Shown: positions 23,801-34,919 of the stretch, in pieces
Position numbering within the stretch: position 1 is the first letter of the stretch
How the letters are laid out: each line of letters opens with the position of its first letter
Translations under genes and position numbers: made by a program
DNA from: Anthoceros angustus
Lineage: Eukaryota; Plantae; Anthocerotophyta
Reading direction: 5' to 3'
NCBI GenBank assembly: GCA_010909165.1
Contig: MU008151.1
Span: 806,001-870,000, forward strand
Length of the DNA: 64,000 bases
Notes under the pieces: generated by a model
What the model was told of the DNA's origin: nothing
The model's input: the letters and a program-made list of their open reading frames with translations, nothing else
The model's database searches: none

Positions 23801-24160
23801 TCAGATAGGGTTGGCCCAGATCGGGTTGGCCCAGTCGTTGTAACTCACCAGGTTTCCATCTCGCTGCATGAGCAGGTAGCAATCCGTCCTGTTACTTCGA
23901 TCGCCATCGCCGGTGTGCGTGAACCAGTACAATGCATTCCCTCTGGCCAGCACCAGGTTGCCTTCGTTCGTCCAGTATGCCGCGTACCTCGGGACGTCGG
24001 GAAATCCACATGGAGTAGCTTGGATGGTTTGGCCCATGCACATCCCCTCCCAATCCGCAGGCGCGTACCATTGGTCCAGCCCCTGGTCCGCCGAACTGTA
24101 GGCTACGCTGCAGGCGAGGGAGGCCAGGAGAAGAGCCGCCGCTGCTGCTAGAACGCTGGA
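23801..24160 (-). CDS. Bulb-type (mannose-binding) lectin domain protein; start codon uncertain
   Basis: Signal-peptide-like AAAAALLLASLACSVAYSSA, then NEGNLVL and CYLLMQRDGNLVSY (QxDxNxVxY motif), ending PIWANPI*. The 5' end of the track ORF (to 24355) runs into PPR-derived sequence. Confidence 0.7.
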   Translation of the reverse strand, partial: SSVLAAAAALLLASLACSVAYSSADQGLDQWYAPADWEGMCMGQTIQATPCGFPDVPRYAAYWTNEGNLVLARGNALYWFTHTGDGDRSNRTDCYLLMQRDGNLVSYNDWANPIWANPI

Positions 24161-24362
24161 TCTGACTTGCCCCGCAATATTTTGTTGCGGGAAGCTGAGG
24201 AAGATTAGGGCAGGATCTGGTCTGCTACATCGGGTGCTCTGCGGCGCGTTTCTTAATAAGCGGTACGTGGGGCGGGAAGAGGACAAATCTTGGTCTGTAT
24301 ACCACATTTTGCAGTCATCCCCACCAGGCAATTGCCACCACAACATAACCCTCATGGGGCTC

Positions 24363-24572
24363 TGTTACGGATAATAATAATACATTACTATTATACATTG
24401 GGTTATACTCGATATGAGGGTAAACCCTAGAGTCAGTTATTGGTTGTAACCGTTTTGTGGGAACAGGGTATATGCTCCTAGTTCCCCTTGTATAATCTAT
24501 CTTCTAGTTGGTGGATTTGTGTGTGCGTGAAGATCGCTCAGCGAGTGTACGAGCGCGTAGCAAAACTCAACT
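24363..24572 (+). repeat. 5' LTR (TGTT...AACT, 210 bp)
   Basis: Direct repeat of 31758-31941; immediately followed by the PBS. Confidence 0.95.
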
Positions 24573-24585
24573 TGGTATCAGAGCC
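24573..24585 (+). promoter_or_regulatory. Primer binding site for initiator tRNA-Met
   Basis: TGGTATCAGAGCC directly after the 5' LTR. Confidence 0.93.
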
Positions 24586-24700
24586 GAAAGGCTCGTATCT
24601 TGTTGCGCACATGGCAATTGTTTCCTTTCTCTCATAATCTTTACAGAATGTTAGGGTTCTTGGACTTAATTGCCAAGTAACCCCGAGGATCTCTGGCAGG

Positions 24701-25195
24701 ATGCCTCGCAAGAATTCCTGCACGCAATCCTGGCCAGAGACGGAAGGGAGAAGGGCACACCAGTCACCTGAGTCAGAATTTGAAAGTAGGTACTTCAAGA
24801 ACTCTGTATCCGCTGCGGAGAGAGCAGACAGGGCCCAGTTTCTAAGCACCTTTCTCAATTCTCTGGCTTCAGCATCCAACAGCCATAAGTGTGCAACTTC
24901 TGATAAACCTGAACCCAAAGAGAAGGGTGTTCAGGCCCATCGGCCTTCGGGTACTGAATACACAAAGAAGTCGAAGCCTTATCCTGAGACTTTTACAAAG
25001 CATGAAGTCATTCTCAATTCTATTCTAAATATTAAGAGCACAGTGCTGGAGTACACTACCAGAGTCGACAACGTGCTGTCCAGGCAGGAGAGGCTTGAGA
25101 GTCTTCGCATTTCAGACCTGATAACCATGGCAAAACAGGAGCATGAAATTATGGAACTCAGGGAGCAACTTGCTCGCCTGAAGAAATCCTCCTAA
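24701..25195 (+). CDS. Extra ORF upstream of gag, 164 aa, coiled-coil C-terminus
   Basis: ATG-initiated open frame between PBS and gag, ending HEIMELREQLARLKKSS* about 30 nt before the gag ATG. Confidence 0.5.
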   Translation: MPRKNSCTQSWPETEGRRAHQSPESEFESRYFKNSVSAAERADRAQFLSTFLNSLASASNSHKCATSDKPEPKEKGVQAHRPSGTEYTKKSKPYPETFTKHEVILNSILNIKSTVLEYTTRVDNVLSRQERLESLRISDLITMAKQEHEIMELREQLARLKKSS

Positions 25196-25225
25196 TAATT
25201 TTTGTCAAGACTGCTCGCAGGCACG

Positions 25226-28200
25226 ATGTCGGGTGCTAATGCTGACACATCGTCAGACAGGTTGCAAGATAAGGATAGACTCACCCCGAATAATTATGAT
25301 GCCTGGAGCTTCAGGGTGAGCTGCATCCTAGAAGAAAAACTGCTCATGGATATTGTAGACGGCACTGTGCCTAAGAAGATTGCTGGACTGCCCTCTGGGT
25401 CAACAACACCAGGAGGCACTGTTATAAATTGGAACCTCAAGGATGAATTAGAGTGGGCGTTCAAGGACAGGAAGGCACGTACCATACTTGTGTCTTCTGT
25501 CTCACAGGAGATGATTCCTCACATAAAATTGACTCAGTCCTCAAACGAAGTCTGGTCACTTTTATCTGAAACCTACGAGTCAAAAGACATGATGACCGAG
25601 GTAGCTGCAACGCTGCACTTCCAAAATCTCCGCATGAAGGAGACCGACTCTGTTGAGAGTCATGTTGCTAGGTTTAGGGCTGCTAGAGCCAAACTAGCAT
25701 CTTGCGGAGTCATCCTGTCTGAGTCTAGGGCTGCAGTACAGTTGCTAGCCTCACTTCCTCCTAGCTATGAGCAGTTTAGTTCAAATCAGCAAGTAACAGC
25801 AATCGTAGTTCCTGCCACTGCCACTCAACCTGCATCATCAAACCTCACTGTTCAGAAAGTTGTTGGAGCCCTCTTACAGGCTGAAGCCAACAGAAGACAC
25901 ATGCAAAAGGGAGCATCCTCTAGTTCTCATAAGCAGAGTGATACTGCCCTTTATTCTGGCAGAGGTCGAGGTAGAGGCAGGGGACGTGGACGTGGTGGTA
26001 GAGGGGGCTTTGGTAGAGGACGTGGTCAGTCTTCGCAGCCCAATTCAAATTCCTCTTCATCAACCAAGCCTGGTAATTGCAATTATTGCAACAAACCAGG
26101 ACACTGGATTAAAGACTGTAGAAAGAGGATTAGAGATGAAGCAGCAAAAGGTAAACACACATCAGAGTCAAATACAGCCAGAGCCACTACACCTGGCTTA
26201 CTGGTGGCGTGCCTTACCTCATCGAAGAAAGGGTGTCAGAAGTGGTTCCTTGACAGTGGGGCATCGAATCATATGTGCTCGAAGAGAAAATCATTCCTTA
26301 CTTATGAGGCTTCTCCTGAGTGCCATCAAACTGCAGTAGTGTTAGGAGATGACTCCACAATACCTATTAGGGGTTCTGGAACCATACAGATTACTTTGAA
26401 GGATGGCAGCTTCCTGTTTTTAGAGAATGCTTTACATGTTCCAGCAATTGCTAAAAATTTGGTCAGTACTATGGCACTTGGAAAGACGAATCAATACAGG
26501 ATCACCTTTGAAAGCACTGAATGTTATATATCGAGATTGTCAGCACCAGTTGTCCCCATTGCTCGAGGAAAGCCACTGTTTGATCTCTACCTTATGGACT
26601 TCATATCAGACATTCCTCCAGTTTCTGCAATTGCATCAAATGCATCAGCCCCGAATAAGTTAGCTACGAGTGCTTTTAAGTGGCACTGTAGGCAGGGGCA
26701 TCCCAATATCAAAGCTATGCAAAGATTGCTGCGAGAAAAAATGGTAACTAGATTTGGTGAAACTGAGTTACCTGATCTTGATTTGTGTGTTGCTTGCGTG
26801 CATGATAAACAGTCCAAGTCACATTTCGGTAGTGGCAAACCTCGCAAGGCAACAGAACTGTTAGATTTGATCCACATAGATATCTGTGGGCCTATGTCAG
26901 TTAACTCATGGGGAGGAGCAAGGTACTTTGTTGTTTTTGAAGATGACCGATCCCATTTTACTGTCACCGAACTTCTTCATCAAAAAAGTCAGGTCTTCGA
27001 CAGCTTCAAAAGATATCTAGCATATGCAGAGAGGCAGACTGGACTGAAGCTAAAGTGCATACGTTCTGATAATGCTAAGGAATATCTATCTGACCTTCCG
27101 TGAATTTCCAAGAGAAGGGAATCACGCGCCAACTCACCATTCCATATCATTCAGATATGAATGGACGTGCGGAAAGGAGACATAGGACTATTCAAGATGC
27201 TGCCAGGTCACTTCTGTTTCAGGGGAGGTTACCAATTCGCTTCTGGGCAGAAGCAGTACAAGTGGCAACGTATTTACAAAACAGGATAGCTGTCTCGTCT
27301 CTTCATGGCTGTACCCCCTTCGAAGCATGGACTAGTAGTAAGCCTGATCTTTCTCACCTTCGAGTTTTTGGTAGTACAGCCTATGCACATATCCCAGACA
27401 AGCTCTGTCAGAAGTTCTCTTTTAAATCTAAAAGACATATCTTCATAGGCTACACTCCTGGAATACACGGTTATCAGTTGTTTGAACCACAAACCCGTCG
27501 TGTCATTCATGCTCGTACTGTAGCCTTCGATGAACGTCCTGTTCTTGAGCATCCTACACACTCCTTTGAAGATTTTGTAGATCCTGAGTCTGTAGAACTG
27601 GCTCATCCCACAGGAATCGATGTTCCTAACTCCATAGTGGATGTTAGTGATTATGACGTCGTTGAATTCCCTGGTCAAGATCCTTCTTACCTTGTACCTG
27701 ATCCTCCTGGAGGACCTGATCCCCAACAGTCACAAGTTCCTCCTACTGTACCAGTTCTCCCTCATCCTCCTCCAGCACCAGATCCTCCCCCCTTCTCAGA
27801 TGATGTTGATGTTCCTCAGCTTGATGCTGCTCCAGTTGCTGGTCTCCCTGATCTCCCTGTGCCAGCTTTTGTGCCCCCTGACCTTCCTGATGACTGGTTT
27901 GTTGACGATCCGGTTGAGTATGTGATGCCGATTCCTCAGTCCGACCCTCCTAGAAGGTCTACCAGGGTTCGCAGACCTCCTGAACAGTGGCGTGAACCCC
28001 CTTATCGGAGTGAAGATTTTCGGCAGGTTCCTCGGCCACTTGGGTCTGCTGCAGATGAAGTTGTTGTGGACATGGTGAATGTTATCACCAATCCTGGATA
28101 TGAGCCTTCCACCTATCACGAGGCTGTCACAGGATCAGAGGCCAAACACTTGCAAGCAGCCATTAAATCTGAGTACGACTCACTGATACAGAATCATACC

Positions 28201-29706
28201 TGGGAATTATGCCGCCCGCCTGAGGGGAGGAAGATTGTCATATCCAAGTGGGTGTTCAAACTTAAATATAAAGCAAACGGGAGCATTGCCAGGTATAAAG
28301 CTCGTCTTGTCGCTCGTGGTTTTTCTCAAGTCCCTGGCTTGGACTATCATGATACCTTCTCACCAGTTGTCAAGTCTCAGTCCCTCAGAGTCTTCTTCTC
28401 CATGTTTGCGTTTTTTGGTCTTCATATTCATCAGATGGACGTCAAGACTGCCTTCCTGCATGGTAAGTTAGAAGAGGAAATATTCATGCAGCAACCAGAG
28501 GGTTTTGAGGTTGTAGGAAAAGAAGACTGGGTTTGCAAGTTACTTAAGACCATTTATGGTCTGAAGCAGAGTCCACGTGCTTGGTATGAGTGTATAGATG
28601 AGTTTCTCCTTGGACTGGATTTTCTCAAGAGTACTGCAGATACCAATGTATACTTTCTGCAAGAGCAAACACGTTATGTTATTTTAGCTCTGTATGTAGA
28701 TGACTGCATTCTGCTTGGGACCAACTTAGAGGGAATTACCAAGGTCAAGGTTCTGTTGTCGAGTCGGTTTGACATGGTCGATGTCAGGGAGCTGTCATAT
28801 TGCCTTGGCACTCAACTCCAGCGTGACCCTGCAAATGAGACACTGGATATACATCAAGAGAAATACATTTATGACATGCTGTTCAAATACAAGTTACTGG
28901 ATGCTAAGCCTGCTCTTACCCCTTTGGAGACAGGGTGCAAACTCACTAGTTCTCAGTCACCCGAGTCAGATGCTGAGAAAGCTGAGATGGAGTCGGTTCC
29001 CTATTCTCAGACTGTCGGCTCTCTTATCTTCTGTTCCAATAATAGCAGGCCTGATATAGCTCTTCCAGTTAGTATGGTTTCTCAGCATTTGAAACAACCT
29101 GGAAGAGCGCATTGGACAGCAGTTAAAAGGATACTGCGATATCTTAAGGGAACTAGTGGATATGGTATACACTATACAAAACGAGGCTATGATGAGGAAG
29201 AGTTCACTCTCATTGGATATTGTGATGCGGACTGGGCATCAGACCCAGACACCAGAAGGTCTGTCTCCGCTTATGCCTTTTTGCTCGCAGGTGGGGCTGT
29301 GACCTGGTCTTCTAAAAAGCAATCAACAGTGTCATTGTCCTCCACTGAAGCGGAGTACTCAGCACTTACTCAAGCGGCAAAAGAGGCTGTATGGCTGCGC
29401 AGGTTATTAGCAGATTTAGGTCAGCCTCAAAGTAATCCAACGATGATATATTGTGATAACCAGTCCGCCTTAGCCCTAGCACAAAATCCTGTCTTCCACG
29501 CACGAACAAAACATATAGAGGTTCACCATCACTTTGTGAGGCATGCAGTAGAAACTGGACAGGTGAAGCTAGAGTATATCCCTACAGAGTCAAATGCAGC
29601 AGATCTCCTTACCAAGTCCCTACCTAGGCTGAAGCATTATCAGTTCAAAGAAGCCTTGGGAGTCTTAGGTCCACTTCACACAGTCAACAAGTCCAGTGGT
29701 AAGTGA
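25226..29706 (+). CDS. Copia gag-pol polyprotein with one frameshift at ~27100
   Basis: NYDAWSFRV; RGG tract; zinc knuckle CNYCNKPGHWIKDC; protease WFLDSGASNHMC; integrase HHCC motif and FEDD / RSDNAKEY / NGRAER; RT YKARLVARGF and LYVDD; RNase H YCDADWA...TKHIEVHHHFVR. Confidence 0.93.
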
Positions 29707-30887
29707 GAGGTGTGGCCATGAGGCTGACAAAACTAGTGCCGAGAGTAAATCTATTCTATACACTCTCTACAGTCCGACCTTGTTCTTTAGAATTCTTCTG
29801 AGTTTGATGTGGAAGGAGAGTTGAGCTGAGCCTTCCCGTTAGCTCTGTTTCTCTCCCACATCCCTCTCACGTTAGGGTCGAAGCTGTGTTCCTCATCACT
29901 GGTGTCGTCGTCGTCCTCCTCAGGTCGAACATAGCCACCTCATCCGCCTTAGCCCTAGCACAAAATCCTGTCTTCCACGCACGAACAAAACATATAGAGG
30001 TTCACCATCACTTTGTGAGGCATGCAGTAGAAAGTGGACAGGTGAAGCTAGAGTATATCCCTACAGAGTCAAATGCAGCAGATCTCCTTACCAAGTCCCT
30101 ACCTAGGCTGAAGCATTATCAGTTCAAAGAAGCCTTGGGAGTCTTAGGTCCACTTCACACAGCCAACAAGTCCAGTGGTAAGTGAGAGGTGTGGCCATGA
30201 GGCTGACAAAACTAGTGCCGAGAGTAAATCTATTCTATACACTCTACAACCGACCTTGTTCTTTAGAATTCTTCCGAGTTTGATGTGGAAGGAGAGTTGG
30301 TGAGCCTTCCGTTAGCTCTTCTCTCCACATCCCTCTCACGTTAGGGTCAAGCCGTGTTCCTCATCACCGTGTCGTCGTCGTCCTCCTCGGGTCGAACATA
30401 GCCACCTCATCCGCCTTAGCCCTAGCACAAAATCCTCTTCCACGCACGAACAAAACATATAGAGGTTCACCATCACTTTGTGAGGCATGCAGTAGAAACT
30501 GGACAGGTGAAGCTAGAGTATATCCCTACAGAGTCAAATGCAGCAGATCTCCTTACCAAGTCCCTACCTAGGCTGAAGCATTATCAGTTCAAAGAAGCCT
30601 TGGGAGTCTTAGGTCCACTTCACACAGCCAACAAGTCCGTGGTAAGTGAGAGGTGTGGCCATGAGGTCGACAAAACTAGTGCCGAGAGTAAATCTATTCT
30701 ATACACTCTCTACAGTCCGACCTTGTTCTTTAGAATTCTTCTGAGTTTGATGTGGAAGGAGAGTTGAGCTGAGCCTTCCCGTTAGCTCTGTTTCTCTCCC
30801 ACATCCCTCTCACGTTAGGGTCGAAGCTGTGTTCCTCATCACTGGTGTCGTCGTCGTCCTCCTCAGGTCGAACATAGCCAGCCTCAT
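29464..30887 (+). repeat. Tandem triplication (~479, 467, 477 bp) of the RNase H 3' end plus downstream spacer
   Basis: TCCGCCTTAGCCCTAGCACAAAATCC starts at 29464, 29943 and 30410. The middle copy has many 1-nt deletions. Confidence 0.93.
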
Positions 30888-30913
30888 CTGCCAGCCTCTC
30901 CCTGGACACTGTG

Positions 30914-31747
30914 TCATGAAGCAGATTGTGTTAGCAGCAGGCTAGACCACAACAACAGTGGGACTACAATCAAGGCAAGCTGCAAATCAGGTATTTTACC
31001 ATAGCTCGAGATGAAGTTCCCCTCGTGTCCACCCCATCTCCACCAGTTTTCTCTGAACATCCAGACCTTAGTTGTTGGGCAGATGTAGACTTCAGGGGTC
31101 TCATGGTCGTTTGCACCGTCTCCGTCCGTGATGACTCTCCTTCGCAGTGTTGGGTGTCCAACAGGTAGCTTGTACTCCTTAGCCTTGAAGTCAGCTGGCA
31201 CCACAACCACATCCAAGCCCTCAGTTAGCTTTTCCGTCCTAGTCCTACCTAGTGGAATGTTTAGGGAGGCTCTCCGGGAGGTAGTTGCGTTGCTCCGCCT
31301 TAAGTTCTGGTTCTCCCTAGTCAAAGCCTCTTCTCTCTTCTTCGCCTTCGCCAGTAGGTCTTGCCAGTACTTGGCTGCTCCTCTATCTGCGACTCTGTGT
31401 GGAGGCTCTCCTTCAGGGTGGATAGGACAGGGAGGTGTGTTCAGAGATGGACAGGTGCAGACTCGGCGCGCCATAGCTTGAACACCTAGCGTTCCAGCAA
31501 TCGTGAAGCGAGCTGGGGCGTGCGCAACAGGCTCTATTGTCTCCTCACTGATGCTATGGAAGTCGCTGCTATCCTCTCTCTCAGAGGCCGATAGATCGAT
31601 AGGCGCAGCTCGAGTTCCAGCCATGGCGATGATTGCTGGAGCGTAAGCGAGAAACTTCTCAGCTGGGGTCTGGTTGAAGACTGTGGTGCGTACGCTCAGA
31701 AGATTGTCTTCAGACTTAAGTTGTCGCTGGCTTACTCGTATACCCAA
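30914..31747 (-). CDS. Antisense ORF between pol and the 3' LTR; likely start ATG at 31624
   Basis: 277-codon open frame: MAGTRAAPIDLS..., CTCPSLNTPPCPIH, a coiled-coil segment, and a hydrophobic C-terminus LALIVVPLLLWSSLLL. Confidence 0.6.
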   Translation of the reverse strand: MGIRVSQRQLKSEDNLLSVRTTVFNQTPAEKFLAYAPAIIAMAGTRAAPIDLSASEREDSSDFHSISEETIEPVAHAPARFTIAGTLGVQAMARRVCTCPSLNTPPCPIHPEGEPPHRVADRGAAKYWQDLLAKAKKREEALTRENQNLRRSNATTSRRASLNIPLGRTRTEKLTEGLDVVVVPADFKAKEYKLPVGHPTLRRRVITDGDGANDHETPEVYICPTTKVWMFRENWWRWGGHEGNFISSYGKIPDLQLALIVVPLLLWSSLLLTQSAS

Positions 31748-31748
31748 T

Positions 31749-31757
31749 GAGAGGGGG
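31749..31757 (+). promoter_or_regulatory. Polypurine tract
   Basis: GAGAGGGGG immediately before the 3' LTR. Confidence 0.9.
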
Positions 31758-31941
31758 TGTTACGGATAATAATAATACATTACTATTATACATTGGGTTA
31801 TACTCGATATGAGGGTAAACCCTAGAGTCAGTTATTGGTTGTAACCGTTTTGTGGGAACAGGGTATATGCTCCTGGTTCCCCTTGTATAATCTATCTTCT
31901 AGTTGGTGGATTTGTGTGTGCGTGAAGATCAAAACTCAACT
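31758..31941 (+). repeat. 3' LTR (TGTT...AACT, 184 bp)
   Basis: Matches the 5' LTR except for one substitution and absence of 24536-24561; followed by TSD GGCTC. Confidence 0.95.
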
Positions 31942-33196
31942 GGCTCCAACCTTGCCTGCAAAAGTCACGGGGATACAGAGAGGGGCGATATGGTGTTTTG
32001 AAAGCATTGTTACAAAGATTACAAAGCCCACAACATTACTTTAGCTCTTTCCATGATAGTAGCATCTTCTCTGCCCCATGTAGATAGGCTTCACGCCCAA
32101 GAAGATCAATCATGCAATTGTAATGCTCAAGGGTAGGTAGTACAAGAGTGTCATGCTGTTCAGCCATGGAACCGAAGTGATGGCGACCCTGTGAAAACCC
32201 TGGCGTCCATCCCCCATTTCATCACATGACCACCATGCAGGTCCCCACACCTCCGTCATCCAGCACCCCTTTTTCAATGCAGCTGTCTCCCCTTTTGTAA
32301 GGCACACGTGGTTGCACAGGCCTTGGGAAGGCAAGCAAAAGTAGCATGGTCAGCCAAAATAAGGCCTTCTTCCTCCATTTGTCCATGCAGAACAAGCGCT
32401 TTATGGGCCGAGTCCTCACTCTGCATACCCAGATATTTGGGCAATTCACGTCACCAATGGGAATAGCTAGGGAGGAGTAATTTACAAATATTTGGTGACA
32501 ATAATAATAATAATACTAATACTAAATAATAATAACGCCCGAGAAACTGCGGACGGGTCTGGCAGAATTGGAGCGCATCTGAATTGGCAGAATTGGAGCT
32601 CTGCGACGGTGGGGACGCTCATCGATCCAGTCAACAACCAGAGGTCCGGTCTTCACACGAAATGCATCCCTACAGAGTTTGCTCCGTTCTCGTTAGTTCC
32701 CGCCTCACCTCTTTCAGCTACAAGCGCACTCCGGAGTTGGATCGATTCAACCGGATTCAACCGCGCGCTTCTACGTAGGCTAGGGCAGAATGAGGTGAGC
32801 CTGTTTGCGGATCCTCCACTGCATCTCAGCCGCTTGTGAATTGTACGAGTGCGCCTGAAATCCTGACATCCTGAAATCCTAAAATCCGACACCGAACTCT
32901 CCGTCACGACTGAAGTTGCCACCGACAGGTACCAGCTCCGCCGACTCGCGCAGGCATGCATCCGCACAAGCTTCAACATCCCAGGCAATGGCGTCCATGA
33001 GGCCGCTCAGGGTGGCCTAACGCGCAGCTGCGCGTCAACACCGCGCGCGCAGACACCCAGGTATCCACTGCCCCCGGCTGTGGCAGGTTGTGTAACCTCA
33101 AAATTGAGCTTGTGACTGAAGAGCGAAAGAAGGTCTTGGGACTGTAGACTGAACGAGTCTGGAAAACCGGCGCGCCCCGTGTCATGTCGTTTGTAG

Positions 33197-34058
33197 GTTC
33201 GAAGGCCAAGTGGCCGTGGTGACGGGAGGGGCGAGCGGGATAGGAGAGGCGACGGTGCGGAGGTTGGTGAGCGAGGGGGCAAGGGTGGTGATCGCCGACA
33301 TCTGTGATGAGCCGGGGAAGAAGCTGGCGGAGGAGCTCAGCCCGGCAGCGCATTTCGTGCACACGGACGTGACGAAGGAAGCGGATGTGGCAGCCGCGGT
33401 GGACGCGGCCGTCGCGCTGGATGGCCGGCTGGACGTGATGTTGTGCAATGCCGGCATCCTCGGCGCGTTCGGCGCAATAGACGAGCTCGACATGAAGGAG
33501 TACGACTACACCTTGGCGGTGCTGCTCAAGGGCCCCGTGCTCGGGCTGAAGCACGCGGCCAGGGTGATGAAGCCGGCGCAGCGAGGCTCCGTCATCATCA
33601 CCGCCAGCACGGCGTCTCTCCAAGCCGGCCTCGGCCCGCACAGCTACACCGTCGCCAAGTCCGCCGTGGTCGGCCTGGCGAGGAGCGCGGCCTTCGAGCT
33701 GAGGAACCACGGGATCCGGGTGAATGCGGTGTCCCCGGACGCGGTGGCCACAACTCTCATGCGGCACTCAGTCATGACACTCAAGCGTCTGCAGGGTTTC
33801 GACCTAACCCTAGAGGCCGCCAAGGAGATGGTGAAGAGCCAGTCGTTGGTGAAAGGCCAGGCGCTGACGGTGGAGCAGGTGGCCGCTGCCGTTGCCTTCC
33901 TTGCCAGCCCTGAAGCCGGCTACATCACCGGCCAAAACCTTGTCCTGGATGGTGGACGCACCATTTTGCAACCTTCCTCGGCACAGGACGAATGGTTTCA
34001 AGGGCGCTCCCCCCTCCTGAGAGAAGCAGGCATCAGAGGTCTTGAGAATGAAACATGA
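33197..34058 (+). CDS. Short-chain dehydrogenase/reductase, SDR110C (ABA2/tasselseed2-like) family; short upstream exon(s) likely
   Basis: Acceptor TTGTAG|G then RFEGQVAVVTGGASGIG (TGxxxGxG), CNAGI, TASTAS and catalytic GPHSYTVAK (YxxxK). A candidate donor CCAG|GTATCC lies at 33060. Confidence 0.9.
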
Positions 34059-34919
34059 GGCTGGCTACCGTTCGTGCCGGCTGATGCATGGCAGAATAAA
34101 CGGCTGGAAAAGAGCATCCATTCTTCTTGTGTTCCTGCAGAATCTCAAGATTAGCTTTGTGCTCCACACTGATGCAAGGCATGTTGCCCCCACCCTTGCA
34201 AGACGTATCCTGTAACGAACCACATCCCATGTCAGCATGTGTCTAAGAGTCCGGAGTGTCGAACACACCAGGCAGCTTCCTACACCTGAATCAATTTAGC
34301 TTGCAAGCCCATTTGCTTAGCCGGAGAGTGGAGTAACTGTTGCTTCCTGCTCCATGACAACATTTCCTAACCTTGAGCATTGGAGCTTTGGAGGATTATT
34401 GCATCCCCTTTCGGCTCCTGATATCACTTACCGAACTAGTGAAGACGGTGTCCCCTTCCAAAATCTATCTGCAGCCTTGAGCAAAAGAGCTGAATTGGAT
34501 CCACTGGAAAAAAAAAAAAAAGAGCCGATAGGTGTGTTGAGCACAAACAGTGAAACACTTACCCTGTCAAGGCAACAGCATTCGAAGAAGAAGCAGTCTG
34601 GATTCAGGCAGACACAGTCAGTCCCTCGACATCCACAGTTCCATGGACCGACACACACGCCCGCCGATGGCTTGAGGCGAAAAACATCTCAGCGAATCGG
34701 ACGCAAGCATCGTCGTTTTAGACCTTAAGCCCTAGTCCGGGGCGTTCTTCCCGCCGTATCTGCGGGGATTCTCTGCTTCCGCTTCATCCATCCCCACCGC
34801 AATCCAGCTCTCAAGAGGCTTCTTTCAATGCATGCTGTGCAAGTGGGAAGGCTTTTGGTCATGTAGGGAAGGGTATGAACAGCAGGTGTCGCAGAGCTAT
34901 GAACTGTTAACGAAATCAG

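Larger units (their letters stand above)
24363..31941 (+). mobile_element. Full-length Ty1/copia LTR retrotransposon, recent insertion
   Basis: 5' LTR 24363-24572, 3' LTR 31758-31941, TSD GGCTC (24358-24362 and 31942-31946), PBS, PPT, domain order gag-PR-IN-RT-RH. The LTRs differ by one substitution and a 26-bp indel. Confidence 0.97.
24330..32450 (-). pseudogene. Degenerate PPR pseudogene split by the copia insertion
   Basis: Removing the element and one GGCTC copy gives minus-strand RLEPHEGYVVVA (cf. RLEPQEAPAYVLMA in gene A). 32012-32450 carries degenerate MIDLLGR/AEKMLLS/NVVG and L/S motif remnants. Confidence 0.75.

Noticed and set aside
24538-24918. Antisense ORF across the PBS and leader
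   Set aside because: Runs into the PBS and LTR, has no motif, and overlaps the better-supported sense ORF.
27080-27120. Programmed frameshift in the copia polyprotein
   Set aside because: It falls inside the integrase core, not at gag/pol; no slippery heptamer; best explained by 1 or 4 nt lost from T-runs.
32973-33913. Long alternative-frame and antisense ORFs over the SDR
   Set aside because: Expected in GC-rich coding DNA with few stop codons.
15972-34058. HAD phosphatase plus SDR as a terpenoid biosynthetic cluster
   Set aside because: About 17 kb apart with unrelated genes between them; no cyclase or P450 in the window.
34507-34521. Poly(A) run as a retroposition tail
   Set aside because: No TSD or adjacent element; a simple mononucleotide run.
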